A stretch of 52,948 nt of DNA, the filler included, from Squatina squatina (taxonomy: Eukaryota): the NCBI GenBank assembly GCA_031763465.1. It is 3 parts of 3 records of this genome, joined end to end, with 100 filler letters (N's around TTAATTAATTAA, not from the genome) between each part and the next. Parts side by side here need not be neighbours in the genome. Positions count along the whole stretch, not along the records: positions 38,790 to 52,948 come from JARFOE010000073.1; 2 more parts are not named here. One strand, 5' to 3'. The notes below the pieces were generated by a model. The model searched no databases, was not told where the DNA came from, and saw only the letters and a list, made by a program, of their open reading frames with translations. This document shows, one piece after another, positions 51,261 to 52,948 of this stretch. How positions within the stretch are numbered: the first letter of the stretch is position 1; each line of letters opens with the position of its first letter. Made by a program: the position numbers and the translations under genes.

Positions 51261-52948
51261 CTGGAGGGACACCACCAGCTCACACCATCTGCCCTGGACC
51301 CACTCTCTTTGCACAGTGCTTTGTTCCCGGATATTCTGTGCAGACCAATACCTTATCGTTCCAAAGCAGCAATTGGGCCCACTTTGCCTGGATGCAACCA
51401 GACAGAATTTTTTGAAGAATGAACTGAGAGAATTAATAAAAGAACGTGCAATGAATGAGTTTTATGTGACTTCACTGGAATGGAAAATCTAGCGGGTTAT
51501 ATGACAGGGGGCTACACTGCTACCATCTGTTTACTGTCACCACCAAGAGCTAAAATCAGCCCTTTTATTACCTACCTAAAGCAGAAGCGTCAAGATACCT
51601 ACAGTTTGGGAAAATCAAAAAGAAAAAAAGGACAAATGGTGGAAATCTGAAATAAGAACAGAAAATGCCTGAAATACACAGCAGCCCAATTAGCATTTGT
51701 AAAGAGAAAAGACAGGTTATAACATTGTGGGCGAACATTTTTAATGAAGGCATACATCCAGTATCAACTGAGCTGCTCTCTATTATCTATTAGATGTTTA
51801 AGAAAGTCTTATCATTTTTTAAGTTTTTAAAAATAAATATATTAGAAGGTATTTTAATAAAGGTACCTTTTGGCTTCCATAGTTAAACAAATTTAGTTTG
51901 GACATCATAATCGTGTAGTGAATGTTGAGGCCAAAATATTAATTAGGATAATGATGTGCGCATTAATGTGCTGACATTCCTGACTGAGAACTGGGATATC
52001 TCATGAGCTTCACTAACTCATTTTACAGACAGCCAGTGTATATAAGTTCATTGTTGACTTTTGTTCTTTGAACTGGTGAATTAAAGGCAGAGGTTCGTTG
52101 AACCGCTGTTTAATTTGCAAGATTAACGATCTTATTGGTATTTTTTGACAAATTCTAAAAAGCAAAAATTTCCTGCCTCCATTTACATCTGCTGATAAGT
52201 TGTTGAAACCTGTTGTTTTTGATCAATAGATTGTTTATGGCAGACATTAGCTATCAGCTTTTTTTGGCTTCATGTGTACAACAAATGTTGGAAAATTCCA
52301 GTATTTGTCAATAATTCAAGATTTATTCATCCAAAAGAGTTAACAAAACATCAACCTGATAAACTGGTTCAAGGATCAAACATTGATTTTTCACGTTTTA
52401 ATGTCTCGACGCGGAATAATTGACAGAGAACCTGCTTAACTGTCATTCCAGCATGTCTGCTCTAACTTAATGATGTTGTGAGGACTCCATTGAGGAACCT
52501 TGTCATTGAGGATCCCCATAAAATTATTGTTTTCAATGAAAAAGGAACAACAACAACTTGGAGCACATGTAGAGGTAAGTAATTGTTTTCATCGTATTTA
52601 CTGCTGGATGCCCTTATTTCTTTATATCATTAAAATCTGCTTATGCCACACTAATATTTCTGAATTAAAGTTTTGTTATTATATAATAAAAATACTAATA
52701 GCCACATTCATTATACTGAAGTCTATGTGATTTTTCCCAGTTTTCTCGCAATCATCTTGAGCTAGGGCTTTAGCAGCTCTCTGATTCTTCATGTGTGAGC
52801 CTAGGTGATCAGATAGCAGAACGTCAGCAGGTTATTTAAGTGTGGGAAAAATAATAATGAATAATATTTATATCATGTCTTTCATGTCAAAATGTTTGAA
52901 GCACTATATGCAAGGAATTTGTTTTGAAGTGTTACGCTAGCAAACACA

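Noticed and set aside
52452-52574. Possible BRSK2 exon (TOLLIP neighbour in human) ending at a strong GAG|gtaagt donor
   Set aside because: No kinase or BRSK similarity, and I found no frame from the nearest good acceptor that gives a credible coding exon.

Overview
Vertebrate genomic DNA, most likely a cartilaginous fish (shark/ray) judging from its CR1/L2/Penelope/Harbinger repeat landscape, from a fragmented draft assembly. Two synthetic N-TTAATTAATTAA-N spacers (20439-20450, 38734-38745) join three unrelated scaffolds. The many 100-N gaps are placeholders that hide whole exons. Segment A (1-20394) holds an RSAD1 internal exon (-), the first coding exon of a divergent proprotein-convertase-like gene (-), the last exon of an ANGPTL3/4-like gene (+), an unidentified pair of small spliced exons (-), and two tandem-repeat arrays. 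Segment B (20494-38689) holds TMX1 (-) and TRIM9 (+) in the same divergent arrangement as in human. Segment C (38790-52948) holds TOLLIP exons 1-5 (-) and repeat-rich upstream DNA. I see no prokaryotic operon, CRISPR array or defence system. The best leads are gene-structure anomalies: a TG in place of AG at the TRIM9 SPRY-exon acceptor, a split or truncated TOLLIP exon 3, the divergent convertase, and the orphan exon pair. All gene identifications come from recalled sequence similarity and splice-site reading, not from database searches.
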